64,000 bases of DNA from a virus (taxonomy: Duplodnaviria > Caudoviricetes): IMG/VR virus record IMGVR_UViG_3300021387_000147; one strand, written 5' to 3'. How positions within the stretch are numbered: position 1 is the first letter of the stretch; every line of letters begins with the position of its first letter. Made by a program: the position numbers and the translations under genes. Below, piece by piece: positions 32,317 to 43,472 of the stretch. The notes below the pieces were generated by a model. That model made no database searches, was not told where the DNA came from, and saw nothing but the letters and a program-made list of their open reading frames with translations.

Positions 32317-32931
32317 TTATTCTTCATCCTCATTTTCGTCTTCTTCATCGTCATCAAGGCTTTCAAATGTTAGAATATCCTTATATGACTTTGCATCGTA
32401 ATTATAATCACACTGTTCCTGCTTTGTTCCAGCTGGAATTCTCTTGATTTCATAAGAGAATGAATGATTGTTATCACAATTATCCATCCATGGAAGTTGA
32501 TCACCAACTTCTTCCTCTAGTTCTTCCTTCCATTCATGGATTTTTTCCCATGCATCCTTATTTGGAGTAGAGTCAACTCCCTTAATGTGAGTTGGATCAT
32601 CATCGTCATCATCTTCCATTATGTCATCTTCATCCATATCTAGAAGGTCATCGAAGTTATCTAAATCCAATAGATAATCATAGTCCTTCCATGCATCACA
32701 TCTATCAGATGGCTTCAAACCAAACTTCTTTAAATCACTAACAAATGAGTCTAGATGGAAAACATGTTCACCATAGTCTTCTTCAAAATGTTCATATATA
32801 AGAACTTCAATTGCTAAGGCCTTCTGATCATTTTCATCTTCATCATCGTAAATACCCATACTGACTTCTTCATTGATGTCATCACCATCATTTGTATCTA
32901 CTTCAAGTCTTGCTGTATAGTCCCATTTCAT
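32317..32931 (-). CDS. Extremely acidic protein
   Basis: About 71 of 204 residues are D/E by hand count. Confidence 0.75.
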   Translation of the reverse strand: MKWDYTARLEVDTNDGDDINEEVSMGIYDDEDENDQKALAIEVLIYEHFEEDYGEHVFHLDSFVSDLKKFGLKPSDRCDAWKDYDYLLDLDNFDDLLDMDEDDIMEDDDDDDPTHIKGVDSTPNKDAWEKIHEWKEELEEEVGDQLPWMDNCDNNHSFSYEIKRIPAGTKQEQCDYNYDAKSYKDILTFESLDDDEEDENEDEE

Positions 32932-33146
32932 TTTTAGATTTCCTTTTTAGTGTAATAGTTTAGATGCGCCAAATATAGCCAATGCTCCAACAATCGCTGT
33001 AATAACTAGCTTTCTAATTGTGTGATTATCTGACTTAGGTGCTTGTTCCTTATTCTTAGATTTAAGCTCTTGAAATTCTTCCTTCGAGCCCACAAAACCG
33101 AAATTTGGAACGTCAAACATACTTTCATCACTTTCTGCTGTCATTT

Positions 33147-33551
33147 TTAGATTTCCTTTTCTTCAAAGTTTACTTTATAGTTAAGATTAATCATTTCTTT
33201 TTCTTTTGCCTTTGCCATTTTCCAATCAGTAAAGACAAATGGATAAATTTGTTTCTTGTCTGGAGAATAAGCTATAATTGAATATATCTTCTTTTTATTA
33301 AATTCCTTTGGAATATGAATTTTCTGCCAATACTTAATATCTTTTTGATTAAGTGCTCCAGTTTGATTATGTGGCTGACCATTTGCATCCATATATGAAT
33401 AAGTTCGCCAAATTCCTTCTCTTGCACTTCCTTCTGGAGGAACAAATGTAGCAATTTGAATATTGCCATCTGTATCACAAATTAAAACTGGTGTTCTACA
33501 TGGGAAAAATGTTTCAGGTTTAACTATTACCCAATTCTGTTCAAATTCCAT
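33147..33551 (-). CDS. DUF551-like phage protein
   Basis: W....P.....VL......I.IA...W....I.YW pattern. Confidence 0.4.
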   Translation of the reverse strand: MEFEQNWVIVKPETFFPCRTPVLICDTDGNIQIATFVPPEGSAREGIWRTYSYMDANGQPHNQTGALNQKDIKYWQKIHIPKEFNKKKIYSIIAYSPDKKQIYPFVFTDWKMAKAKEKEMINLNYKVNFEEKEI

Positions 33552-33990
33552 TATTTGCCTCTATTAGTTTTTGTTTAATTTCTTCCATTCTTTCATCATT
33601 ACTTAAAAGAAAACATGATAAATTGTTTAAATTATTCATTAAAGTTTTAATGTTAAATACTATATCTTGTTTCTTTCTAAGATTAGTTTCCTTTTTCAAT
33701 TTTTTCATATAATAAAGAATTTTTTTATCATATTTCCAAATGGAGCCATCATATAATTGATGCCACCAGGTTCCTTCTTCCCAAAAATATGATTTTGTTA
33801 TATTTCCATCTTTTGTAGAAATACCAGCATGCTGCCACAAAAACGGAAACAAATCTTCCACTTTTTTTATTTCGATTTCTTTGTGATCCAAATAAATTCG
33901 ATGATCATTTGTATCATAATCATCTAATAATGTTCCAAAAGAACATTTACCTAAATCACTAAAACCATTTAAACTAATCTTCATGGTCTA

Positions 33991-34028
33991 AATATAATAA
34001 AAGATGGTCAAATTGTCAACCATCTTTT
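33991..34028 (-). promoter_or_regulatory. TTGACA-N17-TATATT leaderless promoter overlapping a terminator hairpin
   Basis: -35 34014-34019, -10 33991-33996, ATG 33984; stem 33999-34008/34019-34028. Confidence 0.75.
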
Positions 34029-34204
34029 TAAACTATCACTCTAATTATTTCCTTCTTTGTAAATAACAATGATATAATCATTCGTTAAATTTACACTTTC
34101 AAGAGCTCTTCGATAACCATAAGCTCCAATAAAATTATTGACTAACTTATCCATCGTTTCTGCATCAAAATCAAGTTTTCTTTTAATAAAATGAACTTTT
34201 CTCA

Positions 34205-34549
34205 TTAATTTTCTCCACAATAACGTTTAATACAATCAACTTTTTCACTGTATAAAGAAAATCTTATTTTACAATCATCCATGCATTGATTGATTTCATT
34301 ATTATCCATAATACTATATGGATCTGTTGGAATTGCTTTCAAAGAACGACCATTAAGATGAGTAATTTCTATTTTCTTTGGAGTTTCAACTTTCTTAGCT
34401 TGAATTTGTTGTTTTTCTAATTTTTCCATTGAATTAGCAATTCTTTCCAAAGCATTAGCAATGCGTTCTAGTCTTTGATTACATTCATAACCACAACCAG
34501 CATTACTCATGACTGCAGCAATTCCAATCATAAGAAAAATCTTTTTCAT
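34205..34549 (-). CDS. Exported Cys-containing hypothetical protein
   Basis: MKKIFLMIGIAAVMSNAGC signal; LERIANALERIANSME repeat. Confidence 0.6.
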   Translation of the reverse strand: MKKIFLMIGIAAVMSNAGCGYECNQRLERIANALERIANSMEKLEKQQIQAKKVETPKKIEITHLNGRSLKAIPTDPYSIMDNNEINQCMDDCKIRFSLYSEKVDCIKRYCGEN

Positions 34550-36143
34550 TAGAGCCTCTCAAATTTAGCTGTTGCAACCTTCAACTTTGCATCAGGACAC
34601 TTTGCTTGAAGTTCCTCTTGCATTGCTTCAAGAGCATCAGCCTTAGACTTCCAACGTGGAATGTTAACCACGCAATTGATTTTGCCCTTACCCTTGCTCA
34701 AACTTTCGAATTCGCAAGTCAACTTGTATTCTACTGATAAAATTCCCATTATCTATAACTCCTTCCAAGAATCAACTGTTCTTGTAAAAAATTTCTGAAT
34801 GTTTCTTTTGTTACTCTTTTAATTTGAATGGATGTGTCTTTTACCTTAACAATCTTTCCAGATAGATTACGATAAAGCTGTCTATAATCAATGCATTTCT
34901 TTCGAATGACCATGTCCCAACGAAAACCATTTCCTTTCATTCGCATAGCCATTTCATCTGCATTCAATGGAATATACGCAATTGCTGTGCATGTAAAATC
35001 AGGCATTTCCTTATTATCATATTCCATAATCATTGACTTATCATCAATAAGTTCATTTACAATTTCAAGTGCTTCTTCGTATGTCATATATTATCCTTTA
35101 ATGTTGGAAGAAATGTCCAATAGTCAACATAAAACCAGCTCAAATGGTCACTGTCATTATCCCAGCATTCTTCATCGACCCAAGTGTAAATAAAGTAGCC
35201 ATATTCATTTTCTTGTACTTTGCATTCTGGACAAATCTTATAACAAAGTTCACCTTTGTTATTTTTAAATACAGCTTCTTCATATACTCTTAAACGACCA
35301 ACCCATCTGATTTCAATTTCACCATTGATTAAATGCACTAACAAAGGCTTATTCATCATATAAGGCTGAGGAAGAATATCTCTTTCAAACCAAGTTAGTG
35401 CATCTGAGTATTTCATTAAATTACCTTAACACCATCTGGAAAAGCCTTCATGACTTCATTGACTTCTGGCGAGACTTCCTTAACTGGATTTGTTTCTGCA
35501 CACTTATGAATTGCTTCGATAAATGCATTCATGTCATTAGAAATATAATTATCTGGACGAACAAGACAATTTTCCTTTCCCCAATTATCTGCATCCTTAT
35601 TTTCATAGATAATTGGATATTTGGATGTGTCATCTACACAGACAATGAGATATGCCATCTTAGATTTCTTTTCATAGAATACCAAAGAATAAACTTGATG
35701 GCCTTCCTTAACACTTACTTCGTATGTGCATACATACTTTTCAATGTATTTCTTAAAAGAAGCCAAAAGACGAGGCATTCTTTCAATTGTTGTATTTGTA
35801 TCAATCATTTTATAATTCCTTTGAAAAATTGTTTAACATTAAACCAAAATCTGGACCAAAAAGTGAAATACTTACGTTTAAAATCGTATTGGATATTTCC
35901 TTGTTTATTATACTTTCTTAAAGCCTCAATTTCTGTCATTATTTACCTGTCTTTCAATTCCATATTTAGCGATTGCTCCTCCAAATGCACTAAAGAATAA
36001 AACACCAAATAGAACCAATGGAACAGAGTCAATCATAATTCCAATAAAAATAGGAATTCCAAGAATACATGCACATAAAATCACAACCAACATAGTTGCA
36101 AGATAAAACAAACCATCTTTAATTACTTGTTTAAGAAATTGCA

Positions 36144-36635
36144 TTACAAATCCTTTGGGTTAAATAGTGCAATAGATACACCATCATTTAAACGTTCAAC
36201 TTGAAATGAATCTCTTTCAACTAAATCGTCAATCAAAATGCACTGAGTTCCAGAAATGAACTTTTCACACATCTTGAAAAACATCATTTGTTTAGTCAAT
36301 CCAAATTCATTCATCATTCCAGGAATAAGTGCCTCTTCCTTATCACACGAATGCAACCATCCAGCATGAATAGCATCATCAACACTGTTTTCCTTAATAA
36401 TCACATCACCACGCAAATCATCTCTTACTTCCAACTTGTCAAAAATCATCTTAACAAGTTCAGGCTCGATTTCTTCTGTTTTTGTCCAGCCCCAAGTAAA
36501 AAGACTTACACACAAAGTTTCATCTTCTAATTTCTTCAAACACTTCTTAATTCCTTCAATGTTTGAAGGCATCCAATTCCTATCAAACAAAGAGTCAATT
36601 ATAGTGTTTTCAATATCAATAAAAATCCTAATCAT
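36144..36635 (-). CDS. HAD-superfamily phosphatase-like protein
   Basis: IFIDIENTII motif I variant, LFTWG, ILIDD. Confidence 0.6.
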   Translation of the reverse strand: MIRIFIDIENTIIDSLFDRNWMPSNIEGIKKCLKKLEDETLCVSLFTWGWTKTEEIEPELVKMIFDKLEVRDDLRGDVIIKENSVDDAIHAGWLHSCDKEEALIPGMMNEFGLTKQMMFFKMCEKFISGTQCILIDDLVERDSFQVERLNDGVSIALFNPKDL

Positions 36636-36637
36636 AA

Positions 36638-37168
36638 TTAAGCCAAAATTACAAGTTCTGCCAGTTCTCGACAAGGCTGTGGAATATCCTTTCTCTTCAA
36701 AAGCATTTCACAAACATTCTGATACATACGCTTTTGAGCATTTTCCTTAGGCATATCCCAAGAATTGTAAACCATGTCGGCCAGCTTTATCAGCAGTGCT
36801 TCTTTAGAAATAGAGCACAGCTTTTCAGTCATATATTCAGTCTTTCCAAGTTCTTCAATCGTATGCTTATTATTAGTCAATTCCAATACAAGTTCTGCGA
36901 CTTCTTCACTTCCAGATACAACTGCAATTTCTTCATAACTTGTATCAGTATCTTCCAACAAGTCATGACCAAACGCTGCATTTATCTGAACAATGGAGCC
37001 GCCATATTTCTTAACCAACCATGCAACACCACGCGGATGCACAAAATATGGCATGCCACTTCCCTTACGTTCTTGATGAGCATGACGGCCTTTTGCAAAG
37101 TAATACATTGCTCTGCATTCTACTGGAAAATCCTGAGATTTTGCTTTCTTAAACATTGCTGAAAACAT
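36638..37168 (-). CDS. Stand-alone RelA/SpoT-type HD hydrolase (Mesh1/small alarmone hydrolase-like)
   Basis: H..Q.RK.SG.PY..HP..VA, HDLLEDT, IKLAD..YN. Confidence 0.88.
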   Translation of the reverse strand: MFSAMFKKAKSQDFPVECRAMYYFAKGRHAHQERKGSGMPYFVHPRGVAWLVKKYGGSIVQINAAFGHDLLEDTDTSYEEIAVVSGSEEVAELVLELTNNKHTIEELGKTEYMTEKLCSISKEALLIKLADMVYNSWDMPKENAQKRMYQNVCEMLLKRKDIPQPCRELAELVILA

Positions 37169-37169
37169 A

Positions 37170-37670
37170 TTACAGCTCCTTTATGTTAATCACATGAGAA
37201 GTTTTGTTATTCTTTGCCATTGCGCGTTCTTCTGCTCTTAATTTGTCTTCCTTAGCCGTCTTATAGGCCTTCAAAAATTTACGAACGCCTTCACAAGTCA
37301 AATAATAACCATTCTTTCCACGTGCCATTTCAAAATATGTATAGCGATTAAGCCAATTTTTACAATAACTATCTACATATCCATCGCGAGCATAGATATA
37401 TCCATTCTTCTGCAAATCTGCCCAGAAACGAGACCAATGACCAGAACGATAAGTCAAATTGAGAACATTTTCCATCATATAGCGACGAGTCGTCTTTTGA
37501 CTTCTGACAGAACCAAAAATCTTATTAGGCTGAATTCCAGCATCTTTAACAGCAGTGTTCATATCTGCAGCGAACGCATTGTTCATAATCATGTGTTCAA
37601 AAACCTTATACCAGCTGCGGGTATCAACCTTATATCCATTGCTCGTATTATATGCGTAGTAAGCACCCAT
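37170..37670 (-). CDS. Hypothetical protein, possibly winged-helix
   Basis: L...GYI ... GYYLT.EG pattern. Confidence 0.5.
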   Translation of the reverse strand: MGAYYAYNTSNGYKVDTRSWYKVFEHMIMNNAFAADMNTAVKDAGIQPNKIFGSVRSQKTTRRYMMENVLNLTYRSGHWSRFWADLQKNGYIYARDGYVDSYCKNWLNRYTYFEMARGKNGYYLTCEGVRKFLKAYKTAKEDKLRAEERAMAKNNKTSHVINIKEL

Positions 37671-37681
37671 TTTCTTACCTC

Positions 37682-38185
37682 TTACTTCAAATCCTCAATA
37701 GAAATTTCATGTTCTTCCATATACTTCTTCATACGAGCGATATGGTATTCCTTTGTCTGAAATTCTTCATGTTCATCAATAAATTCAAAATAATCATCTT
37801 CATCACAGTAAAGTTCACCAACACAACGGTCCCACTGGAGGAAGTTCTGAGTGCATTGACCAATTTCTTCATCAAAAACTACAATTCCATCATTCAAATC
37901 ATAAGAATAATCCAAACTCGGGAACATTTCAGATGCAGACGAATAACTTACACTGTTGTAGTCATCGAGAAATTCTTTGTCATCATCAGACAGTTTTTCA
38001 TAGTCATCTTCAAACTGTTCACGAAGGAATTCAGCGTCAAACTCAGCATCGTCCTTATCAAAGGAAACTACTTCACCAGTCTTTTCGCCAAAACCACCAA
38101 ATCCTTTCATTTCAAGGGTAATGCCATCTTTATGCATAGCCTTAACGAGTTCAAATTCATTAGTAGTGAAATAGTGCTTTGCCAT
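37682..38185 (-). CDS. Highly acidic early protein
   Basis: About 47 of 167 residues D/E; first gene after promoter copy 6. Confidence 0.75.
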   Translation of the reverse strand: MAKHYFTTNEFELVKAMHKDGITLEMKGFGGFGEKTGEVVSFDKDDAEFDAEFLREQFEDDYEKLSDDDKEFLDDYNSVSYSSASEMFPSLDYSYDLNDGIVVFDEEIGQCTQNFLQWDRCVGELYCDEDDYFEFIDEHEEFQTKEYHIARMKKYMEEHEISIEDLK

Positions 38186-38214
38186 AGTTTAACCTCTTTT
38201 TGATTACATAGTAT

Positions 38215-38324
38215 AATATACAAAAAAATATGGGTCTCGGAAACCCATATTTATGTAAAATAACGTTTACAATTGTACATTACAAGGCCTTCAGGAGACC
38301 TTTTTATGTAAATTTTTGTTTACA
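38215..38324 (-). promoter_or_regulatory. Conserved promoter + operator (copy 6, two boxes)
   Basis: TTTCCG 38238-38243, TATATT 38215-38220, boxes 38254-38271 and 38307-38324. Confidence 0.85.
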
Positions 38325-38397
38325 ATTAGTCGTGGTGGCCCCAAATTAGGTACCCTATAAAAATTCCAAGTAAAAGTCCACCCATTTTTATTTCTCC

Positions 38398-39582
38398 TTA
38401 AAATGCGGCCTTAAAATTATAAACCGGTTTAATGATTTTTTCAATTGTCACAGTTGGCTCAATCAAAGAAACGATTTCTTCCATTGGCTTATATGCCATA
38501 GGACTTTCATCCACAGTAGCAGAACTAACACAAGTCGTGTAAATTCCCTTCATTGCTTCCTTATAGTCCTTCATAGAAATAGAATTCTTTGCATCTGCTC
38601 TTGTCATCAATCGACCAGCACCATGAGGAGCACTATAATTCCAATCAGGATTTCCCTTACCAACACAAATCAAAGAACCATCTCTCATATTCATTGGAAT
38701 AATGACACGTTCTCCTTCCTGTGCAGAAATGGAACCTTTTCTCAAAATCATATTCTTCAAATCAATGTAATTATGGATAGTTTCAAACTGTTCTGTCACC
38801 TTGAAACCCATTTCCTTAACAATTACATCCAACATTGCGGCTCTATTCTGTGATGCAAATCCTTGGACAATTTCCATATCATGCAAATAACCTTCCAAAT
38901 GTTCACCAGTTAAATAAGACAATTCCTTTGGAACACTGAAATGGTCATAGTCCTTTAACAATTCCTTGATTTCAGCATCAGTTTTGCCTTGATTTTTGTA
39001 TTGTGCCACAATTGCGCCACGTTCATCTGTGAGCTTAGCACAATCCTTAATCGCAATGTTCTGCCAGTATTCACAAACGGCTACTCCAAGATGACGAGAA
39101 CCGCTATGGATAACGACGTAGAACTTTCCTTCATCATCCTTGTCAACTTCGATGAAATGATTACCTCCGCCAAGCGAACCAATTGAAAGCAATTCCTCTC
39201 CACGAACATCTGCAATCAAATCATCCAAAGAAAAATCCTTTGCATAACGATGCTTATATTGTCTATGTTCCTTTCCAGATGGAATCTTTTCCTTAATTAC
39301 CTTATCAAGTTTACCAAATTCAATAAACTTGTCTTTGAGCTTTGCAACAAGCATTCCACAGCCAATATCTACACCTACAAGATTTGGAACAACTTTATTA
39401 GTAATAGTCATTGTCGTTCCAACTGTGCAACCTTTTCCAGCATGCACGTCAGGCATAATACGGACATTAGAATCCTTAGCCCAACACTGACACATCATAT
39501 TTAAAATCTGTGAATATGCTGCGTTATCAATATTATCTGTAAACACTTTTGCTGTGTTATATTTTCCTTGAATATCTAACAT
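38398..39582 (-). CDS. rtcB: RtcB RNA ligase
   Basis: MPDVHAGKG, VGVDIGCG, GSLGGGNHFIE, HSGSR, HNY, RKG, SAPHGAGR, DESPMAYK. Confidence 0.96.
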   Translation of the reverse strand: MLDIQGKYNTAKVFTDNIDNAAYSQILNMMCQCWAKDSNVRIMPDVHAGKGCTVGTTMTITNKVVPNLVGVDIGCGMLVAKLKDKFIEFGKLDKVIKEKIPSGKEHRQYKHRYAKDFSLDDLIADVRGEELLSIGSLGGGNHFIEVDKDDEGKFYVVIHSGSRHLGVAVCEYWQNIAIKDCAKLTDERGAIVAQYKNQGKTDAEIKELLKDYDHFSVPKELSYLTGEHLEGYLHDMEIVQGFASQNRAAMLDVIVKEMGFKVTEQFETIHNYIDLKNMILRKGSISAQEGERVIIPMNMRDGSLICVGKGNPDWNYSAPHGAGRLMTRADAKNSISMKDYKEAMKGIYTTCVSSATVDESPMAYKPMEEIVSLIEPTVTIEKIIKPVYNFKAAF

Positions 39583-40926
39583 AACTTACCTCAAAAGAAA
39601 ATTTCACAATTCTTTTCACGTTCTTCCATTTCTTTCATATCTTTCTTATGCTGTTCCATTTCTTTTTTATAACAGTCAAAACAAAGATACGCTTTCATTG
39701 CTGGTAGGCCACTACCATAATCTTCGATTATGAAACCTACAGCAGTCTTTTCATTGATTATGTGTTTTTTACAGTTATAACAAATCATTTTTACCTTATA
39801 CATTCTTTTCTTTCGATACGATAATGACCGTCATTTACGTAAGTGTATATTTCTTTATGACTCCATACGCCATAAGAATTATATGCACTTTTGACTACAA
39901 TCGTATCAGGTTCAAGTCTAATAAAGACTTCATCATCACAAACTGTTTTTGTTATTAGTTCCTTGTCATGATATATCCATGCTTGAACGCCTTTGCTTTC
40001 ACAACCGCTGAATATTCCAGCAATAAAAATCAAAAAACAAAGGAATCCAACAAAATAAATTGTAAATTTAGCTTCTTTGCTCAAGATATGCATCTCCTTT
40101 AGGACAACCTAACATTTTCTTTAATTTTTCATAACATTTTTTGCATCGATAAATCTTTTTCCAACCTTTATTTGGTTTATCTACCCATGCTTCTTTTGCT
40201 TCATTCTTATGAAGCTTTTGTTTGCAGTCATAACAAATAATCATTAATCTTCCTTAACAAAGAAATGTTTGAAAATTCCAATTAAGATAGCAACTACGAT
40301 AAGGAAGATAACAAAGGCAACAGCAGCGTAAATAGCCGGTGCAGAAGCAACATAAATTCCTGTTGCTATATCTCCAGCATGTTGTGCCATCATAATCTGT
40401 GCCATTGTTGAAACTTCATTACCCATAATTACCTCTTACTTAAGATAGATATTGGTATCATGACCTTTCTTTTCTACCTTAACCTTTTCATTTTCATACG
40501 TAAAATCTTCACCGCAACGCTTCTGACCATCAATTGTCCAACAATTATTACTGTCAACAATCGACTGAATTTGAGCAGGAGAATACAATCTTGCAGTTCC
40601 AGTCAGAACAAGAATGCCCATACCAATCAAGAAACCTGCAGCAGCGGAATCAAACCATCCACCAACTACACAGACCTGTTCGTTGCGAATGCAAACGCCG
40701 ATAATCTTGAGAAGAAGGCCGGTCACGCCAAGAATAAAACCAATGAGAATTACTGCCATATTTATTTTTCCTTTTTATTTAGATTTCCATACGAGGTTTT
40801 TCTTTGGAAGAGCGTCCAAATCAACCTCGTAGATTTTGACGTCCTTTTTAGTATTATTATATTTTGCTACTGGATAATAAGTAAAAGGTTTACTCCATTT
40901 TCCATCTACATTTACAAACCAATAAG

Positions 40927-41621
40927 TCATGTTATTTCCTCTGCCCAAAATAGCCAATCTTCACGATACTTATTCCATCTTTCAACTAATTCTCTTGCTT
41001 TATCCAAATTAAATTTATGTGCTAAAGATTTTACATAAGTAAATGAAGTTTCAGTATCACTATATGTACATGCATAAGAAATTAAATCATATTGTTTATT
41101 CTTTTCATAATAACTTTTTAAACCAATTTCTGCACGTGCAACAGCATAATAAGTCATACATATTCCTCTACCCAATATACACAACCTTCAGAATGATCTA
41201 ATTCATTAAATCTGTCAACTATTTGTTGTGCTGTTTTTAGAGAAAACCTTTGAGCATTACGCTTAAGCGCAGTCATATCAATTTCACATGGAGAATAATC
41301 TCCAATATATGCAATTTCATTTTCATAGCATTTCTTATGAGCATTCCAAACACTAATTGATCGACAAACTCTATACAACATTCATTGTTCCTCTATCCAA
41401 AATAAAGCATCAGGTTCATTTCTTTTCCACTTATTCATTAAATCTATAGCTTCATTGAAAGAAAATCCTGGGTTATAATTTGTATTACGTGCATAATGTC
41501 TATCAAAAGTCCACATTGAAAATGAAGTATTATTAACCAACCATGAAATATCATTTACTTCACATTGTTTTCTGACACTCCATTTTGTAGCACATTTTCC
41601 AATAATATAACGCATTACCAA
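40927..41621 (-). repeat. Three tandem diverged paralogs (40927-41184, 41154-41381, 41382-41621)
   Basis: Shared A..F....A..++.+W/F ... (F/Y)W.EE C-terminus. Confidence 0.65.
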
Positions 41622-41837
41622 TCACCAACTTTCCAATCACCATTCAGATAATGCATAATATCATTCTTTACATTTCTGATAAGTGAATTCTGATATTTAA
41701 GATTTGTAATTCTACAATCTACTCGATTTTTAGAGACTTGCTTAGGCCATTCCAAAGTCATATTTGGAAATTTCTTTCTGAGCTTCCAAAACAAGTCATC
41801 CAATTCTTTAAATTCTTTTTCTGCTTGTGTCATAGTA

Positions 41838-42170
41838 TTAACCTTCGAAACAAGTCTTAATAAACTGTTCTCGCATGATTTTTAAAATACTGTTATCTTT
41901 GATATTGCACTTCCTTTCAAGCTCTTTTAAACCTTGCATAAACTGCATCTTTCTGATTTTATCATCGATAATAATTTCAGACCAAGTCGGAGGTAAGTCA
42001 AAAGAATGGCCTCCATCTTTAGATACAACATTAAAAGATTCAAAAGACAATTCCTGGCCACAATTCTTGCAGAAATTTTCACTTTGACAAACACTTTTAC
42101 CACAAGTCGGACAAATGCTACAAATCCACGGAAAACTATGCCTTACAAACGTTCTTACTTCCAATTTCAT
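41838..42170 (-). CDS. Zinc-ribbon protein
   Basis: CPTCG...NFCKNCGQ. Confidence 0.7.
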   Translation of the reverse strand: MKLEVRTFVRHSFPWICSICPTCGKSVCQSENFCKNCGQELSFESFNVVSKDGGHSFDLPPTWSEIIIDDKIRKMQFMQGLKELERKCNIKDNSILKIMREQFIKTCFEG

Positions 42171-43329
42171 GATAAATTCCTTATTCGATATTATAGATTA
42201 TTTTGTCTAAAAAGTTAATAAATTCAAGATAATTCATGCTCATCCACACGCTTTCGTAATTGAAAGAATGAAGATCACCTTGTTTGTAAAAATACATTGC
42301 ATGGATGCAAAGTTTTCCAATTTCCTTTCCATTATAGAATACATGCGTATCACTAAATTGGAAACTCTCAGGATTGTCATACGTAAATGTGCAACCCTTA
42401 GATTTCAGATAATCGCAAACTTCGCCGTAAGTCATAGTTAAAAATTAGAAATTACGAATGCAGTGAGGGCAAGAAAATCTGCCGGGATGGATGCAACCAT
42501 CATAGATGCCTTAATAAACATGTTCTTCATTAGTTAGTCTCCTTTGTAAAATGTTCTTTTATCATTAAAATGAGCAAAATATGCCAGCCAAAAATCCAGG
42601 CAAGTGCACAAAGAAAATTAAAGTACCAATTGCATAGTTTTCTCATTTTGTCTGTTTCCTTATTAAAATTCTGCTTCAGTAAAAAAGATTTCAACTTTGT
42701 CAGGTACCTTTGTCATCAGATAATTGTCATACTTACGAGTAAGTGCAACCTTAAAACCCTTAGACTTCAAATACTTCTTCAATTCATGACCACTCATAAT
42801 GTCGTTTTCACAATCGACTATCACAGAAGCCTTATGATTTCTCCATGCATTGATAATTGCACGCTCAATCGTATACAAATACCTGTCCAGCTTTTCCTGT
42901 TTTTCCTGTTCAGGCTTAATCTTAGGAATTGTGCGAAGTTGAGTCAGACTAATCATTTTTGTCTCCTTAGTCGTTATAAGTGTAAGCACAACGATGAGCA
43001 GCGAGCTGTTCAATCAGCCAATCATGGAATTCTTCAAACGGAATTTCCTTTTCAGTGCGGTCAAAACCAGCATGCGAGCGAGAAGATACCCATTCAAATT
43101 CAACAATCTTGTCAGTAGACTTAACCTTCTGTCGCAAATCATGACCAAGATAAAGAATGACTGTGACGTTTTTCTTTTCATGCATTTCGCCAGCATATTC
43201 CACATTCTCAGTATAAACTTCTTCACTGATGCCGACAATCTTAGGAATGATTACGGTATCTTTTGAACCAGCTGGATGACGAACTTGGAACATTTGCATT
43301 GTTTTAACCTCTTTTATTTTAACAAGTAA

Positions 43330-43438
43330 AATATACTAAATTTGGAACTACTCGGAAACCCCTTTTTATGTAAAAAGAAGTTTACAATAGAGCCCAGAAT
43401 GGTCCCTGGAAGCCATTTTTTGTAAAATTTAGTTTACA
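43330..43438 (-). promoter_or_regulatory. Conserved promoter + operator (copy 7, two boxes) at the strand switch
   Basis: TTTCCG 43353-43358, TATATT 43330-43335, boxes 43369-43386 and 43421-43438. Confidence 0.85.
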
Positions 43439-43472
43439 ATAGTATTCGACATAAATAATATAGGAGTGTAAA

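Noticed and set aside
3094-43438. Dispersed repeats as CRISPR or transposon ends
   Set aside because: Kilobases apart, no spacers, cas or transposase; geometry fits promoters
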